Source: Eledone cirrhosa
Taxonomy: Eukaryota
Assembly: GCA_964016885.1 (NCBI GenBank)
Contig: OZ024741.1
Coordinates: 199,206,001 to 199,270,000 of the forward strand
DNA: 64,000 nt
Reading direction: 5' to 3'
Made by a program: the position numbers and the translations under genes. Positions 24,091 through 38,920 of this stretch are shown here, one piece after another (position 1 is the first letter of the stretch; every line of letters begins with the position of its first letter). Below the pieces are notes generated by a model that was not told the origin of the DNA, searched no databases, and was given only the letters and a program-made list of their open reading frames with translations.

Positions 24091-24789
24091 GTATGTTAAA
24101 ACCCGCTATTTAGTATTATGGTTCTCTTTGTTCTTTCAATTGTTTAACATCTTTTTATAGTAATATGTATATTTTTTTAATTTTCTTTGACTTTTTATTG
24201 TAGTTATGTATTTGCATAATTTTCACTCATGAATAATATTTTTTCATATTTTCCAATTATATTTCATATTTAACAAAAATGTTTAATTAATTACAATGAC
24301 ACAAGAAATATAATTTAAATATTAAGTACCAATAAATACACTTGCCTATATTTGTTAGCAGCAAGAATTATAGATTAATCAATAAGTGGAAATGATCTTA
24401 ATAAGGTGATGTGAAAAGAAAGAAAAACAAATGGACCCAGCTGTATATTGTAGTATGGAGGTGAAAGTTCAAAGAGTATCAACAGTAGTATAGAGACAGG
24501 CTGGAACCAGACTAGTATCACCATGAATGCTGTCTGTTAAACAATTGAAATATTTACCACTTGTCATTATCTTCAAATAAATACATTGGGTAATTGCTGG
24601 CCTTGTGCCAAAAGTAGAAACAATTATCTTCAAATAAATACACTCTTCCTCTATTTCCCCCCTATATTCTTTCTCTTGATAACATATTTCCTATATTTGT
24701 ATGAACCAAAGACAAATTATGAATATATAAAATATATATGTGTGCACCTGAATATTTGTGTATTTGTCTACACACACACACACACGTGT

Positions 24790-26580
<1,791 letters not shown>

Positions 26581-26727
26581 AATAATATTAATAAAAGACG
26601 AGGTGTTAGATCTTCATTAGATTTATTGAAGGTGTGATGTGCGTTTCGAGATTGATCAGCTCAAGGCTCGATCTGTATTGATTAGGCTCGACTCCAGAAT
26701 CAAAATCTTGTTGGACTTCTGTTATGG

Positions 26728-26788
<61 letters not shown>

Positions 26789-26791
<3 letters not shown>

Positions 26792-28043
26792 GGTGCGGAC
26801 GATATTTGTTCGCAAGATTACTGTCTAGGAAAAAATAACACAGTAGTTTTATTTTTTAGATTTATTTATCAAACTTGGGTCAGTTTGTCTTCATGACTTG
26901 TTCTTTCGATCTCACTCGATAAACCTGCCATTGGCTTTGATGACGGCCTCGGAACTGGCTACAGGCCTTTGTCACTTAGGCCCCTAAAGGCACTTGTGAT
27001 CCTGGCCTTCAGATCGTCTTTCGTATTGCAGCTAGATCTGTTGGCGTCTCGTTCTACTGCGCCCCACACAGAGAAGTCGACGAGGTTGCAGTCAGGCGAG
27101 CTGGGAGGCCAGATGTCAGGTGAAGTTCTCTGACAGCCAGGCTTGGGTCTTTTGGCTGGTATGGCAGGGCGGTGAGTCTTGCTGCCGCACGTACGGCCTA
27201 CCTGCAGCTACCTGGTTGATCCAGGGCTTTACTACCTCACTCAGAACGCGGATGTAGCCATCGGTGTTCAGCTTGAGGCCTTCAGGGAAGAAGCGAGGTG
27301 GCATGACGTCATCTTGACTGCTGACGACACCTAAGACCAATGTTGTCGCTGGAAACTTTGTCTGCATGACTCTGGGCACGTCTTTGGATGAGACAGCGAG
27401 CCACCTGTTGTTCTGGGAGTTGATCTTCTGGTCTTGGCAGAAGTTTTTCTCGTCGGAGAAAAACCACAGCATGTCTGGCTCCAGTGGGTGTTTCAACTTG
27501 TTGATCAGCTTCTTTGCGTGCTTCAGTCACTTTTCTTGCATCACCTTTTACAGAAATTGTCCTTTCCTCATCTTGTATGAAACATAGCGAATGTCTTCAT
27601 GTACCACCAGCCTAATGAGCTTTTCATCCATTCCTTTCTCCCTTGCAATGGCACGCATCGACTTGCTATGTTCATTGTTGATGATATCCTGAACTTCAGC
27701 GACGAACTCGGGCGTTCTGAAGGCGTCAGATCGTCGATCCTGTGTTTTCCCCTCTGATGTTGCTTCGTAGTCGAATCCTGAATCTTACAATTCCTTTCTG
27801 ACCTTTTCCACCATTCTCCTGCTGACGCTGAGAAAGTCTGAAATTTCCTTATTTGTCCTCCCGGCGCAGATTCCAAGAAGAACTCCTTGTCTCTTCCACA
27901 AATTTGGAGGTTCAAAATTATTCATAATCAATTATTCTGAAAATAAATAATGGAAATATAGTCACTGTTTTTATGAAGAAAAGAGTGACAACGGAAGTAA
28001 AAAAAATTTGCATAAAATTAGCAGTTGAAATATCGTCCACACC

Positions 28044-28046
<3 letters not shown>
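26789..28046 (-). mobile_element. Full-length Tc1/mariner-superfamily element, maT/DD37D-like, disrupted transposase
   Basis: TIRs CAGGGTGYGGACGATATTT flanked by TA; motifs WFFSDEKNF, QQDSPPCH, WPPSSPDCNLVDFSVWG; frameshifts present. Confidence 0.9.
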
Positions 28047-28130
<84 letters not shown>

Positions 28131-28776
28131 ACACACATTATATATATATATATATATATAACACACATTATATATATATATAATGTGTGTGTGTGTATAT
28201 ATACACACACAGAGACATGCACATTCGTATGTATATGGAAATATATATGCATGTATATATATATATATATATATTATCCGAGCCTTGCTGCATTTCACAC
28301 ATTTTTTTTTGTAAGAAAATGATGATTTTTTTTTTAATAATTTTTGTTGTCATAATTCTAGTGATGTTTTGCCATAGATAAAATGTCTAAATTAGCCAAA
28401 TTTTAATATAAAAGAGAGGTGATTTTTTTTGTTGATTTACGTTTAATAGAAAGACCCCGTGATAATAGAGTTTCCAATACTCAAGTTATGGGCTTCCAAA
28501 ATGTTCACTATAGGGGGGGGGGGGGGGGTTAACCCCCATTAGGGTGTCTTAATATTATTGAAATTTGCTGAAATTGTGAATTGTCATTTACCTATGATTT
28601 AAATTTCATATAAATCAAAGGGAAAATATTTTCAGCGGGGGTTTGTGCCCCATGGAGAACCCTTTGATTAAAATGAAATATACTTATCCAAGTACCCTGG
28701 GCAATGTAGTTTCAGAATATATATGGTTATGGGGGACTATCTCCCAAACCATAGGAACTACAACCGACAGGAACTT

Positions 28777-28813
<37 letters not shown>

Positions 28814-28929
28814 TTATATATATATATATAAGGCAGAATTCTAGGAGAATTGTTTAGCGCATCGGTAGGGGTTCTCCTACATGGATATAAAGTAGTGGCC
28901 GTACTCGAAAACGAGTTGGCAGCCACCAT

Positions 28930-29052
28930 ATATATATGTATGTATGTATGTCTGCATGTATATATATATGTATGTATGTATGTATGTCTGCATGTATATA
29001 TATATATATATGTATGTATGTCTGCATGTATATATATATGTATGTCTGCATG

Positions 29053-29085
<33 letters not shown>

Positions 29086-29291
29086 CTGCATGTATATATA
29101 TATGTATGTATGTATGTATGTCTGCATGTATATATATATATGTATGTATGTATGTATGTCTGCATGTATATATATATATGTATGTATGTATGTCTGCATG
29201 TATATATATATATATATATGTATGTCTGCATGTATATATATATATGTATGTATGTATGTCTGCATGTATATATATATATGTACGTATGTCT
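28930..29291. repeat. Compound minisatellite (TATG)nTCTGCATG(TA)n
   Basis: About 12 variable units of GTATGTCTGCATGTATATA. Confidence 0.9.
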
Positions 29292-29565
29292 GAGATGGGC
29301 TTCGAGGTTAGTAGATGTTGTCGGAGGGATATGATGTGACATTCAAATGCTGTCTGCACTGATGTTAGGCCTCTGCCTCCCTGCTTACATTTCAAGTAAA
29401 GGCGGTCTATGTCACTGTTGATGTGGAAGTTTCCGGTGTTTAGTATTTTTCGAGTTCTAACATCAACTGCTCCGATTTCGTCTATTGTCCAATTGAGTAT
29501 TCCAAACGTTGGTGTTAGGAGAGGCACAGCAAACACATTGTGAGCCACTGTTTTGTTTTGCGCAG
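29292..29565 (-). pseudogene. R4/Dong-like non-LTR RT C-terminal fragment
   Basis: HNVFAVPLLTPTFGILNWTIDEIGAVDVRTRKIL...FHINSDIDRLYLKCKQGGRGL. Confidence 0.75.
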
Positions 29566-29679
29566 GGCGTTCTGATGACCAAATCTTTCTTAATCGAGTG
29601 TAGTATTCCCTGGTTATGCGTTATTTATTACAGATACCATTATAGGATATATATGTATATATATATGTATGTATGTATA

Positions 29680-30295
29680 TCAGGTCACCAGTTAGTGCTA
29701 CTGGTAACATGTATCCCAGTACAACCTGTCTCATGGTCGGGTCGTTGGTGACTAAACTGGCAACCCCACCAAGGTTTCTTGGTGAGGAGGGTGACTTTGG
29801 ACATCCTGCAGGACTAAAAACAAAACCTGTCAAAGGGCAAAGGAGCTCTTAAGAGTCAATGGCCATCCAAAATCACTGGGAGAGATGACCCCTTAGCAGA
29901 ATTCTAGGAGTCAAGGCAGAATTCTAGGAGAAGGAAAACTCTGATATAACACCTGCAACCCTGATGGTATCCAATGATGTTGACTTGTTCTTCTTTTTGG
30001 TAAATATCATCTTGGTTAAGAGAGTGGGACTGGCTTTGTGCAGTGCCTTTGCTCACTATAAAATCTTCACGGCACAGGCATTACTTTATATCTGGAGATC
30101 TCTCTGCACTTGTCGTCACATGATACCATGGGCCCAGCACTATGTGTCAATAATTGTTACAAGTGTAGTGTTTGTACCAGAGTTTTCAAGTCGCTGGCTG
30201 GACTAAAAAGTCACACTCGTTCAGCGCATCGGTAGGAGTTCTCCTACATGGATATAAAGTAGTGGCCATACTCGAAAACGAGTTGGCAGCCACCA
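29680..30295 (+). mobile_element. RTE-type 5' UTR region
   Basis: CTAGGAGAAGGAAAACTCTG motif; related to 36740-36925; 3' part duplicated at 28830-28928. Confidence 0.55.
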
Positions 30296-30321
30296 TGTAT
30301 GTATATATATATGTATGTATG

Positions 30322-30352
<31 letters not shown>

Positions 30353-30422
30353 ATATATATATGTATGTATATATATATATATTTATGTATATATATGTAT
30401 GTATATATATATATATGTATGT

Positions 30423-30946
30423 AGTGCAGGGCAATAAAGATAGACGGTAGCCACGGAATAGGCAGACCTAGAAAAACCTGGGACGAGCTGATAAACTCCG
30501 ACCTCACACACTTACACCTCTCCAAGACAATGTCACTGGACCGAGACCTTTGGCGGTACTCAGTAACAGAGAAGACCCGCCTTGCCAGTAGGCATCTCTA
30601 ACAAAATACCCCCCCCCCCCACCCCATCCACACCACCCCCGTTCTATGTAAAGTTATGTTGGTGCCGCGCCATCCAGGCCGAAACAAATGAGATCGTGTA
30701 GGTGTCACGACAAAAAAACACACAGTCCACGCTGTAATGTGGCCGTGTAGGCAACACGGTAAAAACCTCCCAGACCCACACTGTAAATGTGGTTGGTGTT
30801 AGGAAGGGCATCCAACTGTAGAAAACCTGCCAGACAGTCCTATGCGAGCAAGACAATCACTCTTGCCTCAAGTGGGACTACCCCCGTCCAAACCCATGCA
30901 AGCGTGGAACACGGACGTTAAACGTTGATGATGATGATGATGATGA
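30423..30946 (+). mobile_element. RTE LINE 3' end (family 1)
   Basis: [19 protein letters not shown]...DRDLWR, 3' UTR and (ATG)n tail. Confidence 0.9.
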
Positions 30947-31124
30947 TATAGAAATATACATATATATATATGTGTGTGTGTGTATATGTATATATGATGA
31001 TGATGTGTACCCTTGCAAGCAGGGAAAAGCAGACGTAAAATGATGATGATGTGTATATATATATATGTATGTATGTATATAGAAATGTATATATTTGTGT
31101 GTGTATATATATTATATGTATATC

Positions 31125-31620
31125 ATTATCATCATCACCGTTTATCATCCATTTTCCATCCTAGCATGGGTTGGATGGGTTGTCCTATTTGAGAAAATTT
31201 GAGGTTGGATGACCATGTCTTGCTCATCCAGAACTGATTTCGGCTTGGCTTCTATGGCTGGATACCCTTTCTAACGCCAACCACATTTACAGAGAATACT
31301 GGGTGCTTTTTGTTGTGACACTTACATGACCACTTTAGAGTATGGGCTGAGTGCTCTTTGTCGTGATACCTACACGACAACTTTACAGTGTGGGCTGGGG
31401 CCTTTTTGTTGTGACATCTACACAATGACCTTACAGTGTGGGCTAGGCAGTTTTTGTTGTGTTGCCATCAGAACCACTCTACAATGTGGTCTAAGGGTTT
31501 TGGTTGGAAGGGTGTGTGGGGATTAGGGAGGTGGGTATATGGGTATGTGTGAGGGGCAGAGTCTTAGGATGTGGGAGGTATGTGGAATGGGCAATGAAGG
31601 TGGTGTATACTAGATGTATG
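31125..31620 (-). mobile_element. Older RTE 3' UTR
   Basis: (CAT)n, TTTACAGTGTGGGCT subrepeats, CCCTTTCTAACGCCAACC. Confidence 0.7.
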
Positions 31621-31644
31621 CTTCAGCCAATGCCCACGGGAGGG

Positions 31645-31930
31645 GGTACCACCGTTTCTCACTCATAATGGTTATCAAGACTACATATTTTCCCACCTTT
31701 GCTGAAGCTAAACTAAGCCAGATTCTTATAGAATTCAGCTAATGTTTATGAGCTGGTGAAACTCATTTGCATATGGAGCCGTAGCCGGCCAAGCATCAAT
31801 TAGAAATTTGTATTCATGAGAAACGGTGGTATTATTGATTACTTCCCCCTGCTTTTGCTGAAGGTAGGTATGTGACATTTGTCACAACCTTAAAATTCAC
31901 AGCAAAAAGCATTCAAGATCATATATTGTT
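31645..31930. mobile_element. Second copy of the U3-A8 hammerhead family, internally inverted
   Basis: Minus 31684-31645: GTAGTC TTGATAA CCATTATGAGTGA GAAA CGGTGGTACC; plus 31820-31843: GAAA CGGTGGT...GATTACT; 15-bp inverted repeat TACCACCGTTTCTCA. Confidence 0.6.
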
Positions 31931-32154
31931 AAATATACAATACCTACATTCATATGTTTATCACTATTTCGGAGCTCCAGTACAAATCTCTCTCTCTCTC
32001 TCTGTAAATATATATATATATATATATATAGTAATAATAATAAATGTGAAGACTAAAATCTGAAGAGTTTCAGAAGATCCTGTTAAGGGTGAAAGCAGCG
32101 ATTCTTTGCTTGAACTTTAATCTGTTATTTTAATAAATATATATATATAACAAG

Positions 32155-32328
32155 ATACCAGGTGGATCATAAAGCACCAGAGTACTCAATACTTGGGGTA
32201 GTAGAGTGAGTAATTTGAAAATTTTCAGGACCTCAGTCTGGCCATTTCGACAGCTAGATCCGAACTGTTTGGATCTTGCTGTCGAAACAGCAGGAGCTCA
32301 GCCATCGGGGTCCTGAATATTTTCATAT
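32155..32328 (-). mobile_element. pLTR-like fold-back fragment (ATTGAGTAC family)
   Basis: Homologous to 53486-53680 and 38945-39068; hairpin TTTCGACAGC...GCTGTCGAAA. Confidence 0.65.
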
Positions 32329-32352
32329 ATATATATATATATATATATATCA

Positions 32353-33110
32353 TACGAGGTGTGTCGAACAAGATTTTCCTACAAATTTTCCCCTTCTCTA
32401 CCATGCTTCCATGTACTCTTGGAAAGATTCTCTGCAGCACTGTTGTCACAGCCCTCTTAATGGCTTTCCCGTTCAGAAAATGGGTTGTACTTGAAGATCC
32501 ATTACTAATCCCTGGTGATGATTCTCTCCAGCAAGTCTGGTTTGGTTTAAAAATGCTTACGGATGTCCTGACACACTTGTATGTGCTGCTCATTTTGGTT
32601 GTCATTCAGTAGTTTGGCACCATCTTTGTGCAGATCTTCATCTTCTGCATGACTAAATCTTTGGAGATAATCTTCCAAACACTGTTACAGTTCATGTTCA
32701 GCTCACTTGAGATCAGTTGAAACAGTCAGCTAATGATAGCTTTGCACCACCTGTCTCACTCAGTCAACGTTGGCCTCAGTCATTGATAGCCTTCCTCTCC
32801 TAAGGTCGACTTCCATGTCTTCGAATCCCTCTTTTGTGCCACTTGAAAACACATGAATGGGACATCATCTCATCTATGTACACTTGCTGCAGTATTCCGA
32901 GTGCTTTCGATGGAGGTTTCCCCAGCCTGACCAGAAAGTTAAGGTTGGTTCCTTGCGCTGTGCCCATCGCTCAACAGCCTAAAATTGTGGAGCTGTTAAC
33001 AAAAGCATGTGAAAAAATACAGTGGCTGCAGAGAGCTGAGATCGCAGTTATATCCTCCCTGGATATTACATCACATGGTGATGCAATCCCTGCTAGCACA
33101 CTAAGTCCTG
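32353..33110 (-). mobile_element. Mariner transposase relic
   Basis: TA-CGAGGTGTGT end; PDLLERIITxD-like first catalytic D motif near 32500-32545; typical mariner N-terminal remnants. Confidence 0.65.
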
Positions 33111-33122
33111 TTACTTATATGT

Positions 33123-33810
33123 ATCATCATCATCATCATTTAACATCTATTTTCCACTCTAGCATTGGTTAGACAGGTTGTCTCATTTGTGGCAAGTCAG
33201 GTCAGGTGACCGTGTCTTGCTCATACAGAACTGTTTCCGGCTTCGTTTCTATGGCTAGATGCCCTTCCTAATGTCAACCACATTTAGAGTGTGTACTTGG
33301 TGCTTTTTGTTGTATGTGTCACAACCACTTTACAGTGTGGGTTGGGTACTTTTTGTTGTGTCACCAACACGACCACTTTACAGTGTGGGCTGGAGACTAG
33401 GGTGGGGATTGGGGAAGTAGATCTAGGTATGTGGGTGAGGGTTGGCGTGTTAGGGCCTGAGTAGGGTGTTAGGATGTGGGCGGTGAAGGTGCATACTAGG
33501 TGAATGTTTCAACCTATGCATGGGGAAGGTGGGTCTTCTGTATTACTATATAATGCCAGAGATATTCATCCTGTGTCATCACCGTTAAGAGGTGCAATTG
33601 TGCTAGATCAGCTTTTATCACCGTATCCCAAGTCTTCCTCCTTAATAGCTGCCATCAACTTTGAGTGTTCTGCACCTTTTTATACAGCTGTCATCCTTCA
33701 TACGAATTACATGTCCATACAAACGCAATCTCCTCTCCTGCACACTGTATCTAATTTCTTTTAGGATCAGTTTCTCTCTCGGTTCATTTTTCTTTTGCCA
33801 TTCATTTATA
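33123..33810 (-). mobile_element. Degenerate RTE 3' end
   Basis: GHVIRMKDDSCIKRCRT...KTW remnants, 3' UTR subrepeats, (CAT)n. Confidence 0.75.
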
Positions 33811-33816
33811 ATACTA

Positions 33817-35202
33817 CTAGCAGAATGGCCCAGCGTTGCTCGGGATTCTAAACATAGATTGGCATGTTTATCCCTCCTTTCTGAAACAGTACAGAGAAGT
33901 ACGGAATACCTCGGCCTGGAGATGGTGTCTACATTTTGTGCTTATAAATAAAATTCGTCGTAGATTACCAGGGGTTTAACTTAATTGGGTGCCTGAGAGT
34001 AAAATGTTCAACCTACGAAAGCCAAGACGATAGGGTTAAGTAAAAAAGCATTCGACAAACCGAACATGTATTTGTTGTGCTATGGTACAATGAAAGCAAT
34101 ATTTACAGAGCAGTAGGCATGTGGGACTGCAGTGGTGGAGAGCATGAAGGAATTCAGTTGGATACTTTTAAGGTTTCAGGCCCTAACGCAACCAAAATGC
34201 TAAACAATGCGGCCCCCGGGCAAAAATTTGAAATCTTTTTTAGTCAAGAAAATTTGTGAAACATAAGTAATGCATATGCAAAATAAAAAAAAAAATTGGT
34301 TGGGTACTTCTCGAGTTACAGGCCCTAACGCAACCAAAATGCTTAAAAAAATCGGTTTTTCGCTTAATGTGGTCCCTGGGGCAAAAAATGAGAAAATCTT
34401 TTTGGCTCAAAACACTTTAAACGACATAAGTAATGCAAATTTTGAAGAAATTGCCTGATTATTGTTCCGTTATGCCTCAAAAAGCCTTTAAAGCCTAACA
34501 TATGTGGTTTTTTGGCCTAATGCGGTCCCTAGGGCATTGAAAATTTGAAAATTTGAAAGTATTACATGTGTAAAGTTTGAAAAAAATCAGTTGGGTGGTT
34601 CTTGAGTTTTAGGAGGACAGACAGACATTCTCTGTTTTAGATATATAGACTAGCAGAAAACCACCCGGTGGGTGGTTTTTCTACTAGTCTATATATCTAA
34701 AACAGAGAATGTCTGTCTGTCTGTCAGCTCACTAAAACTTGAGAACCATCCAACCGATTGTTTTCAAACTTTAGACATGTAATACTTATGGTCCTATGAG
34801 TGTTTTGAGCAAAAATTATTTCAAATTTTCAATGCCCTAGGGACCGCATTAGGCGATTTAGCGTTCTCTCTATATAATTCTTAGTCTTTCTTTTTAGATA
34901 GATACATAGATATAACGTTGCGCCCTTATAATATCTGTCTGTATCTCTGGCTGTCTGCATTACGTCATTATGACGTGCTCAGCGCGATTCCCTCGGCCTC
35001 AGTGACCAAAGTCAGTGGAGAGGGGAAGGTAATGTTTCTGTAGCACGTGTTTTAACGTCTATTCACTCTCTCTCCCTCTCTCCCCCCCGCTAACCCCCTC
35101 TCGTAGTCTGTCTCTTTCTTTCACTCTCACTCTCTCTCTACGCACGTGTTTCCACTGTCGGACAGACAGACAGAGAAATTGCTGGTTATATATATAAGTA
35201 GA
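33817..35202 (-). mobile_element. Composite non-autonomous Helitron
   Basis: Minus 5' A|TCTACTTATATATA...(CTGT)n at 35202; 3' hairpin CCCGAGCAACGCTGGG followed by CTAG|T at 33817; internal TCTATATATC starts at 34649(-) and 34688(+). Confidence 0.75.
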
Positions 35203-36734
35203 TTACATATCTATTGACACATATATATATATATAAAAGAAAAAAACGAGGAAGTTCCATTTACATGTATTAGATTTTTTATTGTGTATCGACCTCTTAT
35301 GCACGTTTCACACAGGATTGGCTCAAGGTCACCCATATATGTATATACAAACATCCACTCACACACACACACACACACATGTATATGTGGCATTTTAGTC
35401 AATAAGTAGAGTATTTGTAATTTCAAGTGTGCACAGATCAATTCAAAGTGAGGACTAGCTGCTTCAATGAGAGATTAATTATTTGAAAATGTGACATTAT
35501 AACTTGAAAGTGAGAAGAGTGATTTCAAAGGGAGAGTATTGATTTCAAAACAAAATTAATATAAAAGGATTTGGCTATGAGATTTTCAGAGTCAAACAGA
35601 AATAATAAAATATGTGCTGGTAAGGAGGTGTTGCACAAAATGATATATTTAACGAAAAAATATAACATCATAACATTGTAATATAATTTTTAATGTTAAC
35701 AATGTGAACTTACTTTGTTAGTTATAAGCTTTATTCAGCCAATTCATTTGGTGGCAAATAGTTTTTTTCAAAGATATGTACAGCAATGGCACAAATCCAC
35801 AATAATAACCATGTTCTATATGAGCTGATTGCAAACAGCGTTAGACAACTGTGCTTTCTTTGTTCCACATTCACTTTGATGCTACTTATATAGTCATTAC
35901 AAAATACATGTTTAGCTCTAAAAAGATTAGATACCACTGTAACTAAAAAACTTTTTGTGCAATGATTTTAGATGTGCACTCTGTCAGATTTTGTCAATGC
36001 AATAGCTCTATAGAAAATGAGCTGTTAGGATTGTGATTAAAAAAGTATGGGCTTTTTATTTTGTTTTCTCCCAATTAATAAACTCTTCCCTCATACATTT
36101 TCTCTACGCTAACATACATTATGTATTCTTGAGTAATTATACCAAGTAAGTTTATTTAGATGATGCATAAAACTCTTAATGTCCTGTACCTCATTAAACC
36201 ATACTAGCAAGATATTCTTGAAAAGTATAAAACAGCTCTATGACTATATCACATTAAAAATTAGTCTACTTTATTTTCACAACGATCTTTTCACTAGTAA
36301 AGATATAAACATTTGAATTAAAATCCTTTCTGCTAAATCATTCAATGTTTAGAGTTGACAGGCATAAAACTCACTATGAAATCACTACTCTCCTTTTGAA
36401 GTGATACCTGGTCACTTAGAATTGCAAATGCTGTAGAAGAGCTCTATAATTACTTTATCATGATATTAAACAATATTTTATTGGATTGCCATTAGTTATT
36501 TGTTCTGATCCTGCCTTAATTGGTGTTAAAATCACACTATGGCTGAAATCTCATTTCAGTAGACCATTAAGCTTTCAAAATAGCTGTTTCATTACATACA
36601 TGAATCCTGAGAACTGAAATATCAGTGAGAGAAAGAAGGAGTCAATACAAGAGCAACAACAACCTTATCATTCAATATTGATGAGAACTTTCCCTTTGAA
36701 GGACACATGGTGTGTTTAAGTGTGTATAATGAGG

Positions 36735-36930
36735 TCAGACGTCTGCCAACTTCTGGTACCATGTAACCCAATACAACCTGCTTCAGGATTGTGTGGCCAG
36801 TGTCGAAACTGGCTCCCCCACCAGACCCTAGTCTGGTGAGGAGGGTAAGTGGAACCCAAGCAACACAAAAAATACGAGTTGTTAACAGGGAGGATGAATA
36901 CCTCAGAGTCAACAGCCATCCACCCCACCC
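36735..36930 (+). mobile_element. RTE-type 5' UTR fragment
   Basis: Diverged homologue of 29700-29870, with conserved CCCCACCA...TGGTGAGGAGGGT hairpin. Confidence 0.55.
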
Positions 36931-37470
36931 CCAATTATGGGGTAAATAACCTTACCAATCCACAATTGCTAAGCATGGTGGGTACGGTTACACCCCTGAT
37001 ATGACCCAAACCAAACAGAAAGTGATGGAGGTTAACCAGGGAGGGTCTCCTCCAACAAGATTGATAAGTCCCTGGATTAGGTTCGATAATAGAGATGTTT
37101 TAGAGATTAGAATACAAAGTTGTAGTAGCATGTGAAGAAGTGCTAACCATTGTGGTTCAGTCTGTCAGAGCTGTGCATTATCTGGAAGATGGATTTTCTA
37201 GCATGCAAGAATGTATTTCATGAAGTGAGGGTAAGTTATGAAAATGTTGCTCTTGGAGTTAAGATAGTTATGAGATTTCAGTGCTTGGAAAATTAGGATC
37301 TTTTCAGTGATACTGAGCCCACATTACCTGGATCCATTGATCTTTAGGTATCTCACTGTATATAATCAAACAGCCATTCTGAAAGCATACTGGGTCCGAT
37401 CAATTGTTTTCAGTTATGTATAATTTTAACACCAATTAAGGCATGGTGATCTGACTAAATATATTGTATA

Positions 37471-37535
<65 letters not shown>

Positions 37536-38026
37536 GTATGTATGTACAGTGTGTACTGGGTGCATATCTCATGTTGATCAGGAGCACTAGAGAGGTTGTT
37601 GTGTCTTTGACACAACTAAAGGGTCCTCACAACCCTTTTAGGCATGGTTTTTACAGCAAGGTGTCCTTCTTTTCGTCTGCCACCTGCATGGAGAATACCT
37701 GGTGCATTTTCGTGGCACCATCACGTGAGAGGTTGTTGGTCATAGAGAGAGGGAAATAGGGAGGGAGTTAGGTATGAAGTTATAGGTGTATATGCTGATT
37801 TGGCAAGTCACTGAGTAAGGGAAAGGGGTGGGTGATATATATATAAATCAATAGATAAATAATACACACACATGTAGTGTGTTGTTTGTGATTTATTTCA
37901 GAAATGACTTCTTTAAGACTAGAAGTCATTTCAATCTGAATTAAATCATGTACCTCATGGGATGCCTTAGTTAATTGTGGTCTCTTTCTTCAGAAAACCA
38001 TTCATAATACACATGCGCACGCACGC

Positions 38027-38083
<57 letters not shown>

Positions 38084-38546
38084 TGCACACTATAATCATC
38101 ATTTCATATCAAATTTCCATGCTAGCTTGGCTTAATGTCTGTCCTTATTCAGTACATCTGCTTGCCTAGGCTGGTTATAGATATATGTTTTGCTTGTACA
38201 TTCCATTTTTGGTTTGGTTTCTGTGACTAGATGTTCTTCCTAACACCAACAACTTTACAGACTCTAGTAGATGCATGTTCTTGTGGTAAGGGGAGTTTCA
38301 TTTGTATCATGAAAGCTAATGAGTACTCTTTACTGGTTTTGTCTGATTAACAAGTTTGATGAGCAGATTGTGTTTGGAGTCATGTCATCATCATCATCAT
38401 CATCATCATTGTTTAATGTCTATCTTCTCCGCTAACCTGGATGTATATAATATTAACATAGATCCTGAGCCACCCATCTGTGGGATGGTTGTAACTGTGC
38501 ATAATCAATAAAAACCTTAATGTGAAACCTTGTATATAAACTCTAC

Positions 38547-38581
<35 letters not shown>

Positions 38582-38639
38582 CTGATATTGGTATCTTCCT
38601 TAGTAAACTACACATCTATTGAATGACCCAATATATCGC

Positions 38640-38920
38640 CATAAACGACCATGGTTTTGTACCTGGAAAGTTCCCCTCCAAGGCACAAGTCTGGGTAAGG
38701 TGTGTTTGTGGAACACCAACAGTCACCTATGCATGCCAGTCTTCCCTCTCCATGCCACCGATGTTGTTCCCTCTCCATGCTTGGTACCAGTGACGTCGCA
38801 ACTCATTTTTACAGCTGAGTGAACTGGAGCAACATGAAATAAAGTGTTTTGCTCAAGAACACAGTGCAACACCCAGTCTGGGATTTGGACTCACAATCTA
38901 GCCACTAAGCCATGTGCCAT
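38640..38920 (-). mobile_element. tRNA-derived SINE (family B)
   Basis: CAGCTGAGTGAACTGGAGCAACATGAAATAAAGTGTTTTGCTCAAG. Confidence 0.75.

Noticed and set aside
26595-26730. Minus-strand CTCGAAACGCACATC in a TA-bounded island
   Set aside because: Could be a 3' half-hammerhead relic, but the core and stem I partner are not identifiable.
28700-28777. Hairpin TATGGTT..GGGGA/TCCC..AACCATA with flanking GTAGTTTC/GGAACTAC
   Set aside because: A hairpin only; no ribozyme core found on either strand.
35731-35937. 68-aa non-repetitive ORF
   Set aside because: No recognisable motif or convincing splice context.
37889-37948. Hairpin GAAATGACTTCT/AGAAGTCATTTC
   Set aside because: Single short AT-rich inverted repeat with no supporting context.
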